From positions 40,873-104,872 of the forward strand of contig JBJTQJ010000030.1 of NCBI GenBank assembly GCA_046075565.1: a stretch of 64,000 nt of DNA, in the 5' to 3' direction. Shown piece by piece: positions 30,048 through 39,281 of this stretch. This stretch comes from Verrucomicrobiales bacterium. GTDB lineage: Bacteria; Verrucomicrobiota; Verrucomicrobiia; Verrucomicrobiales; SLCJ01. How positions within the stretch are numbered: position 1 is the stretch's first letter; the number at the start of each line of letters is the position of its first letter. The position numbers and the translations under genes were made by a program. Under the pieces are notes generated by a model that did no database searches, was not told where the DNA came from, and saw nothing but the letters and a program-made list of their open reading frames with translations.

Positions 30048-31118
30048 ATGAAAATTGGTATTCTCAATAGCGGGGGCGATTGCCCGGGTCTGAACGCGGT
30101 CATCCACGGGGTCGTCGGCGCGGCGGCAAAGTTGGGATGGGAAGTCATTGGTTTCCGCGATGGTTACGAAGGTTTGTTAGGAGAAGGGGATTATTTCCCG
30201 CTCGATCTGCACAACACCAACGGCATCGTGAAACTCGGCGGCACCATCCTGGGCACGACCAACAAAGGGCATTTCGCGGCCAAGGTCGGTGCGGGTGATG
30301 TGCTGGAAGTTCCGGCGGAAATTGTCGCCGAGGCCAAGGCGACCTTCGACCGACTCGGACTTGGCGGGTTGATTATCGTCGGTGGTGATGGATCCCTAAC
30401 AACAGCCCTGCAACTCCACCGCGAAGGCTGGCCGGTGGTCGGGGTTCCCAAAACCATCGATAATGATCTCATGGCCACCGCCACGACTTTCGGATTCCAC
30501 TCCGCGGTCGCCTCGGTGGTCGATGCTCTGGATCGCCTGCACACGACCGGCACCGCCCACAAACGTATCATGGTGCTCGAGGCCATGGGGCGCCACGCCG
30601 GATGGATCGCGCTTTACGGTGGTATCGGCGGAGACGCCGACGTCATTCTGCTTCCCGAGATCCCTTACGACATGAACAAGGTCGCGCAGGCCGTCAACGA
30701 GCAAATTGCAGAGGGCAAAACCGGCCTGCTCATCGTGGTTGCCGAAGGAGCGAAGCCGAAAGGCGGCACCCAGGTCAAATTGGAACGCAAAGGCCTCGAG
30801 GACCGTCTCGGTGGCATCGGTGAACGTGTGGCGGCGGAGATCGAACAACTCACCGGCCGGGAAACCCGGGTCTGTGTGCTCGGCCACCTCCAGCGCGGTG
30901 GTTCGCCCACCTCCCTCGACCGGATTCTCGGCACCCGTTTCGGTGTCATGGCCGTCCATCTCATCAGGGACAATCAATTCGGCCGCATGGTGAGTTACCA
31001 AGCCTATCAGGTCGGGTCCGTTCCCATCGAACATGCCGTGAACCGCCTCCACCTCGTCGACCCCCAGAGCGAAATCGTGTCGGCCGCGCGTTCGGTCGGG
31101 ATTTGCCTCGGCGATTGA
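30048..31118 (+). CDS. pfkA: 6-phosphofructokinase (group III type, GGDG plus PKTIDND)
   Basis: SGGDCPGLN, GGTILGT, GGDGS, PKTIDND, MGRHAGW and LGHLQRGG motifs. Confidence 0.96.
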   Translation: MKIGILNSGGDCPGLNAVIHGVVGAAAKLGWEVIGFRDGYEGLLGEGDYFPLDLHNTNGIVKLGGTILGTTNKGHFAAKVGAGDVLEVPAEIVAEAKATFDRLGLGGLIIVGGDGSLTTALQLHREGWPVVGVPKTIDNDLMATATTFGFHSAVASVVDALDRLHTTGTAHKRIMVLEAMGRHAGWIALYGGIGGDADVILLPEIPYDMNKVAQAVNEQIAEGKTGLLIVVAEGAKPKGGTQVKLERKGLEDRLGGIGERVAAEIEQLTGRETRVCVLGHLQRGGSPTSLDRILGTRFGVMAVHLIRDNQFGRMVSYQAYQVGSVPIEHAVNRLHLVDPQSEIVSAARSVGICLGD

Positions 31119-31350
31119 GATCGGGCAAACCAAATGGATTCGTTTGAATCTCACGCGCTTGCCCGAAGAAGAAACTATCGATGACCGCCGAGGCTCCAGT
31201 GCCGAACGCGGTGGTGACCTGCTGGCGTGGGTTGCTCCGATAGGTCTCCGAGCTTGCTGATCGGCAGGGCCGACCCGGCCACGGTTCCGCTACGCCCGCG
31301 GCGCTCTTCCCCGTTGTCATCAGCCGGGGGTGGTCTACAGTCCCGGCGAC

Positions 31351-33207
31351 ATGAATACCCTCCTGCTCGCCGTTGGCACCCTTGTCCTCTATCTGGTGGC
31401 TTACCATACCTACGGCCGCTGGCTGGCGAGAAAGATCTTCCGCTTGGACTCCTCTGCTCCCGTCCCGAGCGAGGTTCTGCGCGACGACGAGGACTTCGTG
31501 CCCACGGAACGCGGGGTGGTCTTCGGCCACCATTTTACATCGATTGCCGGAACCGGGCCGATCGTCGGTCCGGCGATAGCCGTGTTGTGGGGATGGTTGC
31601 CTGCGCTCCTCTGGGTAATTTTCGGCTCGATCTTCATCGGAGCGGTTCATGATCTCGGATCACTTGTGGTATCATTGCGCAACCGGGGAGAAACAGTCGG
31701 CGAAATCGCCGGACGTATCATTAGCAAACGGATGCGCAGATTGTTCCTGTTCCTGCTCTTCTTCGCTCTCACTCTCGTGCTGGCGGTATTCGGATTGGTC
31801 ATTGCCAGCGTTTTCCGCCAATACGCATCTTCGATTTTTCCCTGTCTGTTGCAAATCCCCCTCGCGGTGGCGATCGGTTACTGGCTGCACCGCACGGGCG
31901 TGGGATTGATGCTGCCGAGTCTCGTCGCGCTGACTCTCATGTATCTGAGTGTTGCCTATGGCGATGTCGGTTGGTTGCAAACGGCCAACGAATGGATGAA
32001 ATCGCGTCCGACCTTGGATTGGGTCATTTTCCTCCTCGTGTATTCGTATGTCGCTTCCGTTCTGCCGGTCTGGATTCTCCTGCAGCCGCGTGACTTCATC
32101 AACAGCCTGCAATTGCTCAGCGCGCTAGGATTACTTCTGATCGGACTTTGCGCGGCCGCGTTTTTCGGCGGTGCCCCGGATGCCGAGGGAGCACGCGCGC
32201 CCCTCGAGTTCGCGGCGCCGGCGGTTCACCTCGACAATGCCGGCGCCGGACTGCCCATCTTTCCATTTTTGTTCATCACCGTGGCCTGCGGGGCCATCAG
32301 CGGGTTCCATTGTCTGGTGAGCAGTGGCACATCGAGCAAACAATTACGCAACGAAACCGATGCCCAACTTGTCGGCTACGGGTCCATGCTTACCGAGGGG
32401 TTTCTCGCCGTGCTGGTGATCCTGGCCTGTGCGGCCGGTATCGGACTCGGCATCACCAACCAGGGCGGAGCACATCTCTCCGGAGCCGAAGCTTGGAAGA
32501 GCTTGTATGCGGGAGGATTCGCCATGAAGGGCGGGGAAGCCATCCGCGCTTTTGTCGAAGGCTCCGCGAATTTCATTGGAGCGCTCGGCTTGACCCGCGA
32601 CTTCGCCATCGCCCTCATGGGAGTTCTGGTGGCCTCCTTCGCGGCCACGACCATGGACACCGCCTGCCGTCTGCACCGATACATCATTCAGGAACTCGCG
32701 GGCACCTTCGAGGGCGGGGCTTTCGCTCCGCTGGCGCGCCCCTTCCGGGGCAAACACGGTGCGACGCTCCTGTCCGTCGGTCTCGCCGCCATCATCGCCG
32801 CTTTCCCTCTGGAAGGAAAAGCGTGGACCTACGCCACCGCGGGGTCGGGTGGGATGATCCTCTGGCCGGTTTTTGGTGCCATCAACCAGCTTCTCGGGGG
32901 GCTCGCTTTCACGGTCATCGCCTTCTGGATGTGGCGCCGACGTCTTTCGGTTTGGTTCATGGTCGTGCCCGGTATCATCATGCTTTTCCTTCCTGCCTAC
33001 GCCATGGCGGTCCAGGTTTTCTTCGATGCCGATGGAAATGGCCGGAGCTGGATTGAGCAACGCCAATGGCTCCTGGCCGGATTCGGTATGGCCACACTCG
33101 TGCTCGAATTCTGGATGGTCAAAGAAGCCATTCGTATCTGGCCGAAGGCCCAGGGTATCCTCGAAGACAATCCCGCATCTCTCGATGCATCCAAAGCCTC
33201 GCGGTGA
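31351..33207 (+). CDS. cstA: Carbon starvation protein A family transporter
   Basis: FGHHFTSIAGTGPIVGP, GAVHD, LLQPRD, ACGAISGFH, GYGSML.EG and TTMDTA motifs. Confidence 0.95.
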   Translation: MNTLLLAVGTLVLYLVAYHTYGRWLARKIFRLDSSAPVPSEVLRDDEDFVPTERGVVFGHHFTSIAGTGPIVGPAIAVLWGWLPALLWVIFGSIFIGAVHDLGSLVVSLRNRGETVGEIAGRIISKRMRRLFLFLLFFALTLVLAVFGLVIASVFRQYASSIFPCLLQIPLAVAIGYWLHRTGVGLMLPSLVALTLMYLSVAYGDVGWLQTANEWMKSRPTLDWVIFLLVYSYVASVLPVWILLQPRDFINSLQLLSALGLLLIGLCAAAFFGGAPDAEGARAPLEFAAPAVHLDNAGAGLPIFPFLFITVACGAISGFHCLVSSGTSSKQLRNETDAQLVGYGSMLTEGFLAVLVILACAAGIGLGITNQGGAHLSGAEAWKSLYAGGFAMKGGEAIRAFVEGSANFIGALGLTRDFAIALMGVLVASFAATTMDTACRLHRYIIQELAGTFEGGAFAPLARPFRGKHGATLLSVGLAAIIAAFPLEGKAWTYATAGSGGMILWPVFGAINQLLGGLAFTVIAFWMWRRRLSVWFMVVPGIIMLFLPAYAMAVQVFFDADGNGRSWIEQRQWLLAGFGMATLVLEFWMVKEAIRIWPKAQGILEDNPASLDASKASR

Positions 33208-33234
33208 ACGAATCTTGTTCATAAGCCGCCTGTC

Positions 33235-33792
33235 GTGAAAACTGTCCCGCTGATTCTCATCGCCACGTTTGCCACCGCCGCCGCGCTGTGGTTCGCTCTA
33301 AATGCGACCGCCGGTGGAAAAGATTCTTCCTTCGCCACCTCCGCATCCGCCCCCCCGCCGCCCATGGAAAAAGTCACCCGCACCGAAGACGAGTGGAAAA
33401 AGCAACTCACGCCCGAGCAATTCCGCGTTACCCGCCAAGCCGGCACCGAACGTCCGTTTGGAGATGCCTACAAGAGCTTCAAGGCCCAAGGCGAGGGCAC
33501 GTATTATTGCGTCTGCTGTGGCAACAAGCTTTTCACTTCGAAACAAAAATTCGATTCGGGATGCGGATGGCCAAGTTTCTACGATCCAGCCACCGCCACC
33601 GGGGTGAAGGAAAAACGTGATGATTCCCTCGGCATGACGAGGATTGAGGTTGTTTGCTCCAAATGTGATGCCCACCTCGGCCACGTTTTCGAAGGCGAGG
33701 GGTTCAAAACCCCGACGGACCGTCGTTTCTGCATCAACGCGGCCTCGCTGCGCTATGTGGCCGCGGGCGATGAAAAAAGCGGGGAAATGTAA
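33235..33792 (+). CDS. msrB: Methionine-R-sulfoxide reductase with N-terminal signal peptide
   Basis: GTERPF, CVCC, KFDSGCGWPSF, CSKCDAHLGHVF and RFCIN motifs. Confidence 0.95.
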   Translation: MKTVPLILIATFATAAALWFALNATAGGKDSSFATSASAPPPPMEKVTRTEDEWKKQLTPEQFRVTRQAGTERPFGDAYKSFKAQGEGTYYCVCCGNKLFTSKQKFDSGCGWPSFYDPATATGVKEKRDDSLGMTRIEVVCSKCDAHLGHVFEGEGFKTPTDRRFCINAASLRYVAAGDEKSGEM

Positions 33793-33807
33793 CGGCAATC
33801 GAATCCT

Positions 33808-33835
33808 GCTGGGATCGCCGACGTCCTCGTCGGCA
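33808..33835 (+). repeat. REP-like palindrome, copy 1 (GCTGGGATCGCCGACGTCCTCGTCGGCA)
   Basis: Identical 28-mer at 47786-47813; stem GCCGACG/CGTCGGC with TCCT loop; lies just after the msrB stop. Confidence 0.85.
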
Positions 33836-33937
33836 TAGGCACGGTTGTCGGGAAATGGACTCATCGCGCCTTCGGCTCTTTTGGCTCTTTCCTCATTTCC
33901 CGCTTTCCACCGGGGGCTTTTCCGCTTTTCTTAACCG

Positions 33938-34468
33938 ATGCTGGAATTTCTCCAAAGTCCGTTCATGCGCGGGCAACTCACCGGTCTGGCCGTCGGCCTC
34001 GTGGCCGTGCTCTGGATCACCACCCGGAATTGGTGGGCGCGCCGGGAGCGGCGGAAAGAAATGGATGCTCGGCTGGCCGCTGTCCATGTCGAGGTGGAGA
34101 AACTCCGCCAGCACCTGCAAACCCAGATGGAAATCACCGCCAAAGGCAACGAGGAGCAGAAAAAGCAACTCGACGAGATGCGCACGCAAAACGAAAACCT
34201 GCGGGTCCTCTTGCAGTCCCTCCAGCAAAAGCCCGAACAAGCCCGCGCCCGCCAACTCGAAGTCTGGCAACGAGCCATCGAGCGCATGCAAGCTGGAGCA
34301 CCCGGCTTTGCGCCCGCTTGGCAGGGCGCTGTCCAGGAAGCGGAAGCCGAAATTGCCGCCAGCGAGAGCGGCCTGACCCGCTTTGTGAAGAAAATGCTCG
34401 GGTCACCCAAGATGGTCGCCACGCCCGCCTTGCCAGAGACCCCCGCCAAGGAGTCCACAGATGTCTGA
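33938..34468 (+). CDS. Hypothetical membrane-anchored coiled-coil protein
   Basis: N-terminal hydrophobic helix then heptad-like charged region; 8-nt overlap with the next gene. Confidence 0.75.
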   Translation: MLEFLQSPFMRGQLTGLAVGLVAVLWITTRNWWARRERRKEMDARLAAVHVEVEKLRQHLQTQMEITAKGNEEQKKQLDEMRTQNENLRVLLQSLQQKPEQARARQLEVWQRAIERMQAGAPGFAPAWQGAVQEAEAEIAASESGLTRFVKKMLGSPKMVATPALPETPAKESTDV

Positions 34469-35654
34469 ATCGGAACCCTTGGCGACCAACGCGGAATGGA
34501 CCCGCTCCTTTGAGGTCCGCTACACCCACAGGGTCTTTTTCACCCGCCGGGCGGCTGATCCGACCAACCCCGTGCTCGACTCCGCCATAGGCGATGTCCG
34601 GCGCGTCCTCGTGGTTATCGAAGACACCGTCCATGCGGCTCATCCGGACTACGCACCCGCCCTCATCCGACGGATGGGTCCCCGTGCCGTGCCGACCCCA
34701 CTCGTCCTGTCCGGCGGGGAACAGAGCAAACAGGACACGCGCGTCTATGACGCCATCACCCGCGCCATCCATGAATGCGGGATCGACCGCCACTCGGTCC
34801 TCGTTGCCGTCGGGGGAGGGGCGTTCCTCGATGCCGCCGGTTTTGCCGCCGCCACCGCCCACCGGGGAGTCCAATTGGTAAGATTCCCGACCACGACACT
34901 GGCCCAAGCCGATTCCGGTGTTGGCGTAAAAAATAGTCTTAATACGTTCGGGAAGAAGAATTTTACGGGTTCATTTTCCGTGCCTCTGGCCATCGTCAAC
35001 GACCTCGGCTTTCTTTCTACGCAAAATACGGAACAAAGAATTCTCGGTCTCATCGAGGCCCTCAAAGTGGCCCTGATCAAAGACCCGGAACTATTTACTT
35101 GGATTGCGGAAAATGTGGGACGGATTCGCTCCGCCGATACCGATGCCCTGGAATTTGCCGTGCGGTCCTCGGCCCGCCTGCATTTCGACCACATCACCCT
35201 CGGTAGCGATCCCTTCGAAAGGGGGTCCTCCAGGCCCCTGGACTTCGGCCACTGGGCCGCCCACAAACTCGAAAGTTTGTCCGGTCATTCCCTCTCCCAT
35301 GCTGGAGCCGTTTCCATCGGCCTCGCCCTCGATGTCACGTATTCTTTCCTCAAAGGCTGGCTGCCCGAGGCTGATGCCCGGGCGATTTTCCGGGTCTTTC
35401 ACGAACTCTCCTGGCCCGTCTATCATCCCTTGCTGGAGGCTCCGGGGACGAGTGGGAATGCCGCCATTTATGACGGTCTCGACGAGTTCCGCGAGCATCT
35501 GGGCGGGGAGTTGACCCTGCTTATGCTTGATGGCATCGGTCGCCCGCGGGATATCCATGAGGTGGATTTCGCGACCATGACCAAAGCCATCGCCATGTTG
35601 GCCCGCTCCGCGAAGTTCGGGACGTCCATCGGTGAAACCGAACCGGGATCTTGA
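34461..35654 (+). CDS. 3-dehydroquinate synthase-like sugar phosphate cyclase (EboD-like subtype)
   Basis: GGGAFLDAAGFAAATAHRG, PTTTLAQADSGVGVKN, RPLDFGHWAAHKLE and GLDEFREHLGGELT motifs. Confidence 0.88.
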   Translation: MSESEPLATNAEWTRSFEVRYTHRVFFTRRAADPTNPVLDSAIGDVRRVLVVIEDTVHAAHPDYAPALIRRMGPRAVPTPLVLSGGEQSKQDTRVYDAITRAIHECGIDRHSVLVAVGGGAFLDAAGFAAATAHRGVQLVRFPTTTLAQADSGVGVKNSLNTFGKKNFTGSFSVPLAIVNDLGFLSTQNTEQRILGLIEALKVALIKDPELFTWIAENVGRIRSADTDALEFAVRSSARLHFDHITLGSDPFERGSSRPLDFGHWAAHKLESLSGHSLSHAGAVSIGLALDVTYSFLKGWLPEADARAIFRVFHELSWPVYHPLLEAPGTSGNAAIYDGLDEFREHLGGELTLLMLDGIGRPRDIHEVDFATMTKAIAMLARSAKFGTSIGETEPGS

Positions 35655-35659
35655 GCAGG

Positions 35660-36361
35660 TCACCGGGTCGAGGGTTTCTTATCACCCTCCGGTTTCGTCT
35701 TCGGCTCGTCTGTTTTTTTCTCCTCCTTCAGCCCGAGGAGGATCTCGATATCCTCGTCCGGTTCGGCTCCGAGTTTGCGTGCCTGCTGGTAATGTCGCCG
35801 AGCGGTTTCCTTTGCCGGAGGCGTGCGACGGAGAGCCAGTGCGGCGAGGTTGAAATGGGCATCGGCAGATTCGGGGTCGATACCGAGGGCATCGTTGAGG
35901 GCGGATTCGGCGGCGTCGCGCCACCCTTGTTTTTCCAGTGAGAGGGCTAACAAAATCCGGTGGCTTGCCACGCGGGGTTCGAGATGCACTGCCCGCGTAT
36001 AAGCCGACATGGCCAGCCATGGTTCGGCATCGCGGTCGTAGATAAGCCCGAGCGTGGCCCAACTGCTCGCCAATTTCGGCTCAATGAGCACGGCCCGTTC
36101 GAGCTGCTGGCGCGCCTTGGCCGCATCATTCGTTTGGAAAAGCGCGGCTCCATAGCTGGCGCGGGCGAGCGGGTTGAGCGGATCGCAGTCCACCCACTGT
36201 GCGTAAAGCCCGACCGCTTCTTTCATTTTCCCGCTCGTGGCTGCTTCCGCCGCCCGGCGCGGCAATTCGTTGATCGGGATTTCTTTTTCCCCGGCGGCCG
36301 GGCAGGGGGATGCGGAAAGAACAACGGCTAGAGCCACCGTGGGGAAGAGGCGAAGTATCAT
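35660..36361 (-). CDS. Exported tetratricopeptide-repeat protein
   Basis: Signal peptide and repeated TPR pattern (A...LG..Y, AL.IDP.SADAHFNLA). ATGA overlap with parA. Confidence 0.85.
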   Translation of the reverse strand: MILRLFPTVALAVVLSASPCPAAGEKEIPINELPRRAAEAATSGKMKEAVGLYAQWVDCDPLNPLARASYGAALFQTNDAAKARQQLERAVLIEPKLASSWATLGLIYDRDAEPWLAMSAYTRAVHLEPRVASHRILLALSLEKQGWRDAAESALNDALGIDPESADAHFNLAALALRRTPPAKETARRHYQQARKLGAEPDEDIEILLGLKEEKKTDEPKTKPEGDKKPSTR

Positions 36362-37137
36362 GACTGATGGCGTTGCAGGAATTCAAGACCGAGGGCGCGA
36401 AAGGCGGCGGCGGCCACTCCGTCCGGATCGTGTTCAATAACCGTCCGACCGAAACTCGGCGCCTCGCCGACCCTCACGCTCCGCGGAATGACCGTCTGGT
36501 AAACTTCGGCCGGAAAATGCCGACGCACTTCTTCGACGACCTGACGGGCCAGGTTCGTGCGTCCATCGAACATCGTCATGAGAATGCCCTCGACCGTGAG
36601 CGAGGGATTCGCGCCCGACTCGCGGATCTGCGCCACCACCTGCATGATTTTTGCCAGTCCCTCAAGGCCATAAAACTCGCACTGCAAGGGGATGAGGATT
36701 TCATCGGCCGCCGCCAGCGAGGCTGTCATCAATACCCCGAGCGATGGCGGGCAATCGAGGATGGTGAAATCGTATTCGTTTCCGGCTTTCAGAGGAGCCA
36801 GCACCTCCCCCAGACGGGTGAGGTGAGTGTCGGTGCGGGCCAGTTCGATTTCCACGCCGGCGAGGTCCATTTCCGAGGGGATGAGAAAAAGATTGTCCCG
36901 TCCGGTGGCGCGGACCTTGTCGGCGGCGGTGCTCGCCCCGAGCAGCGGTTCGTAGAGGCTGACCGAGCCGGTTTCTTCCGACAAGTCCATACCCAGCCCG
37001 CTGGTCGCATTGGCCTGGGGGTCGAGGTCAATCAGCACGACCCTCCGGCCTGCGGCCGCGATGCTCGCCGCGAGGTTGACCGAGGTGGTGGTCTTCCCGA
37101 CCCCGCCTTTTTGATTGGATATGGCAATGACCTTCAT
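36358..37137 (-). CDS. parA: ParA/Soj family ATPase
   Basis: NQKGGVGKTT, DLDPQANAT, DCPPSLG, PLQCEFYGLEG and IPRSVRVGEAPSFG motifs. Confidence 0.95.
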   Translation of the reverse strand: MKVIAISNQKGGVGKTTTSVNLAASIAAAGRRVVLIDLDPQANATSGLGMDLSEETGSVSLYEPLLGASTAADKVRATGRDNLFLIPSEMDLAGVEIELARTDTHLTRLGEVLAPLKAGNEYDFTILDCPPSLGVLMTASLAAADEILIPLQCEFYGLEGLAKIMQVVAQIRESGANPSLTVEGILMTMFDGRTNLARQVVEEVRRHFPAEVYQTVIPRSVRVGEAPSFGRTVIEHDPDGVAAAAFRALGLEFLQRHQS

Positions 37138-37284
37138 GAATTCGCGTGCCCGTTGGCACAGCCGGGCACGTTCGCATACAACCACCGGCTTGTGCAAATG
37201 GTTCCATCGGAAAGATGGACGCGGTGGGCCTCCAGCCCCCTAGGGCTCTTCCCCCGCGGACTTTTTTGGCAGAAACCTCCCGTT

Positions 37285-37995
37285 TTACTTCTCGGCCACC
37301 AGTTCCTTGACCTTGCCCGCGATGGACTCTGCCCAGATATCATAACCATTGGGCGCGAGGTGGAGGAAGTCGTGCATGACCTCCTTGCTGACGGTGCCAT
37401 CCGGTTGGAGGTATTTATCCCAGACATCAACCCAGGTGATGGAGCCGCCCGCATACTTCGAAATGATTTTATTCACGCCTGCCCGCAATTCGCGGCCGGG
37501 GTTGGCTTTTTCACCGGTGGGCAGGACGCTCATCAGAAGGATCTTCGCCTGCGGTTGTTTGGCTTGGATCAAATCGAGAATCGCTTTCACTCCTGCGGCC
37601 GCTTCTTCCGGTTTGGCGGTTTTGCCCCACAGGTTGTTGGTGCCGATCATGACGACAAACACCTTGGCCTTGTATCCATCCAATTGTCCATTTTGCAGGC
37701 GCCACAGGACATTCTGGGTTTGGTCGCCACCGATGCCCATGTTGACAGCCCGGTAGTTTCCCCAATGTTTGGTCCAGTTTTCACTGCCGCGCCAACGGGC
37801 GGTGATCGAGTCGCCGACGAAGGCGACATCAATCTTGCCTTCCATCTTCTTGATGTCGGTATTGATGCGCTCGAAGTTCCCGTTCCACCATTTTTCGCCG
37901 TTGGTTTTCGCGGGCACCGGGGTGGTGGATGTCATTTCTTGCGCATGGGCGGTGGCCAGAAAAAGGGTCGAAAGGAGAAGCAGGGCGGTTTTCAT
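37285..37995 (-). CDS. Secreted SGNH/GDSL hydrolase (PAF-acetylhydrolase-like)
   Basis: FVGDSIT, GIGGD, IGTNN and DFLHL blocks; signal peptide. Confidence 0.92.
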   Translation of the reverse strand: MKTALLLLSTLFLATAHAQEMTSTTPVPAKTNGEKWWNGNFERINTDIKKMEGKIDVAFVGDSITARWRGSENWTKHWGNYRAVNMGIGGDQTQNVLWRLQNGQLDGYKAKVFVVMIGTNNLWGKTAKPEEAAAGVKAILDLIQAKQPQAKILLMSVLPTGEKANPGRELRAGVNKIISKYAGGSITWVDVWDKYLQPDGTVSKEVMHDFLHLAPNGYDIWAESIAGKVKELVAEK

Positions 37996-38016
37996 ATAGG
38001 TAACAAGTTGCCGATA

Positions 38017-38045
38017 TTTATGCCGGGGCTTCTCCCCGCTGTCAA
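38017..38045 (-). promoter_or_regulatory. Candidate sigma70 promoter of the GDSL gene
   Basis: Minus strand TTGACA-17 nt-CATAAA, ending 21 nt before the ATG. Confidence 0.45.
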
Positions 38046-38066
38046 CGGGGGAGAACTTCCAGCCCC

Positions 38067-39140
38067 TCAGCCTCTAAGGACCACGACATCCTTCGGCTCG
38101 GCGTGGGCATAGCGGAAGCGGTCTCCGGGTTCGCGCAGGCCGCCGGGATTCAACTCGGAAACACGCAACAACTCGCCATGACGGGTTTGCAACTCGTATT
38201 GGGCGGTTTCGCCGAGGTAAGTGCAATTCAGGATGCGCACGGTCAGGCAATTCTTCGTAGCGGGGTCATCAGTCAGGGTCAGGGCTTCCGGGCGGATGGA
38301 AAGTTTCACCTGCTCGCCTCGCACCGGTTTCCATACCGGGTCGCTGATGCGGCCCTCGATGTCGCCATTGTGCCCGGTGATCAGCACGGTGTCTCCGGAA
38401 ACGTAGTCCACGAGTCCTGTTAGAAAGTTTGTTTCCCCGATGAAAGAAGAGACGGTGGCGGTGTGGGGGCGGCGGTAGATCTGTTCCGGCGTGCCGACCT
38501 GGGCGATCACGCCGCCATCGAGCACGGCCATGCGATCCGCAATGCTGAGTGCTTCCTTCTGATCGTGGGTTACATAGACGGCGGTGAATCCGAATTCCTT
38601 GCAGATGCGGCGGATTTCGGAGCGCATCTCCAGCCGGAGCTTCGCGTCGAGATTGGAAAGGGGTTCGTCGAGCAACAGGCAACGTGGTCGCACGACGAGC
38701 GCGCGGGCAAGGGCGATGCGTTGTTGTTGTCCACCGGAGAGTTGGTTGATGCGGCGTTCGGCGTAATCCTGCATGCGCACGATGCGGAGGGCCTCCATGA
38801 CACGCTCCTCGATTTCGGCCGGCGCGACTTTTCTTTCCTCGAGTCCGAACGAAACATTCCTCGCCACATTGAGATGCGGCCACAACGCATAGCTCTGGAA
38901 CATCATGGCCGTATCGCGTTTGTGAGCGGGCACACGGGTCACATCATCCCCATCGAAGAGAACTTGCCCGGAATCCGGCTCGTAAAATCCCGCGATGTGG
39001 CGGAGAAGGGTGGTCTTGCCGCATCCACTGGGGCCGAGCAGGAAAAACAACTCGCCCGGTTGGATTTCCAGATTGATCGATTGGAGGGCGACACTTTCGC
39101 CGAAAGATTTGCGGAGATTGCGGATGGTGATGGCGATCAT
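38067..39140 (-). CDS. ABC transporter ATP-binding protein (PotA/FbpC-like, C-terminal TOBE domain)
   Basis: From ATG 39140: GPSGCGKTT, FQSYALWPH, LSGGQQQR, LLDEPLSNLD and YVTHDQ. Confidence 0.94.
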   Translation of the reverse strand: MIAITIRNLRKSFGESVALQSINLEIQPGELFFLLGPSGCGKTTLLRHIAGFYEPDSGQVLFDGDDVTRVPAHKRDTAMMFQSYALWPHLNVARNVSFGLEERKVAPAEIEERVMEALRIVRMQDYAERRINQLSGGQQQRIALARALVVRPRCLLLDEPLSNLDAKLRLEMRSEIRRICKEFGFTAVYVTHDQKEALSIADRMAVLDGGVIAQVGTPEQIYRRPHTATVSSFIGETNFLTGLVDYVSGDTVLITGHNGDIEGRISDPVWKPVRGEQVKLSIRPEALTLTDDPATKNCLTVRILNCTYLGETAQYELQTRHGELLRVSELNPGGLREPGDRFRYAHAEPKDVVVLRG

Positions 39141-39281
39141 GCGGCGGCGGTCTGAGCGACAGTCCGGAATTTGCCGGATCCATGCTCCGGAATCAACCCG
39201 GAAACCATCGCTTCGCTTCCGTTTCGCCTGAATACGGCAAAGGCGGTTGCCGGGCCGGGTGAACCCCGCTTTGTTTCTGCC

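Noticed and set aside
36367..38112. Long ORFs antisense to real genes (also 17644..19356, 40895..42640, 25267..26355, 8271..9314, 62049..63158)
   Set aside because: These are shadow frames caused by strong GC3 codon bias and show no family motifs.
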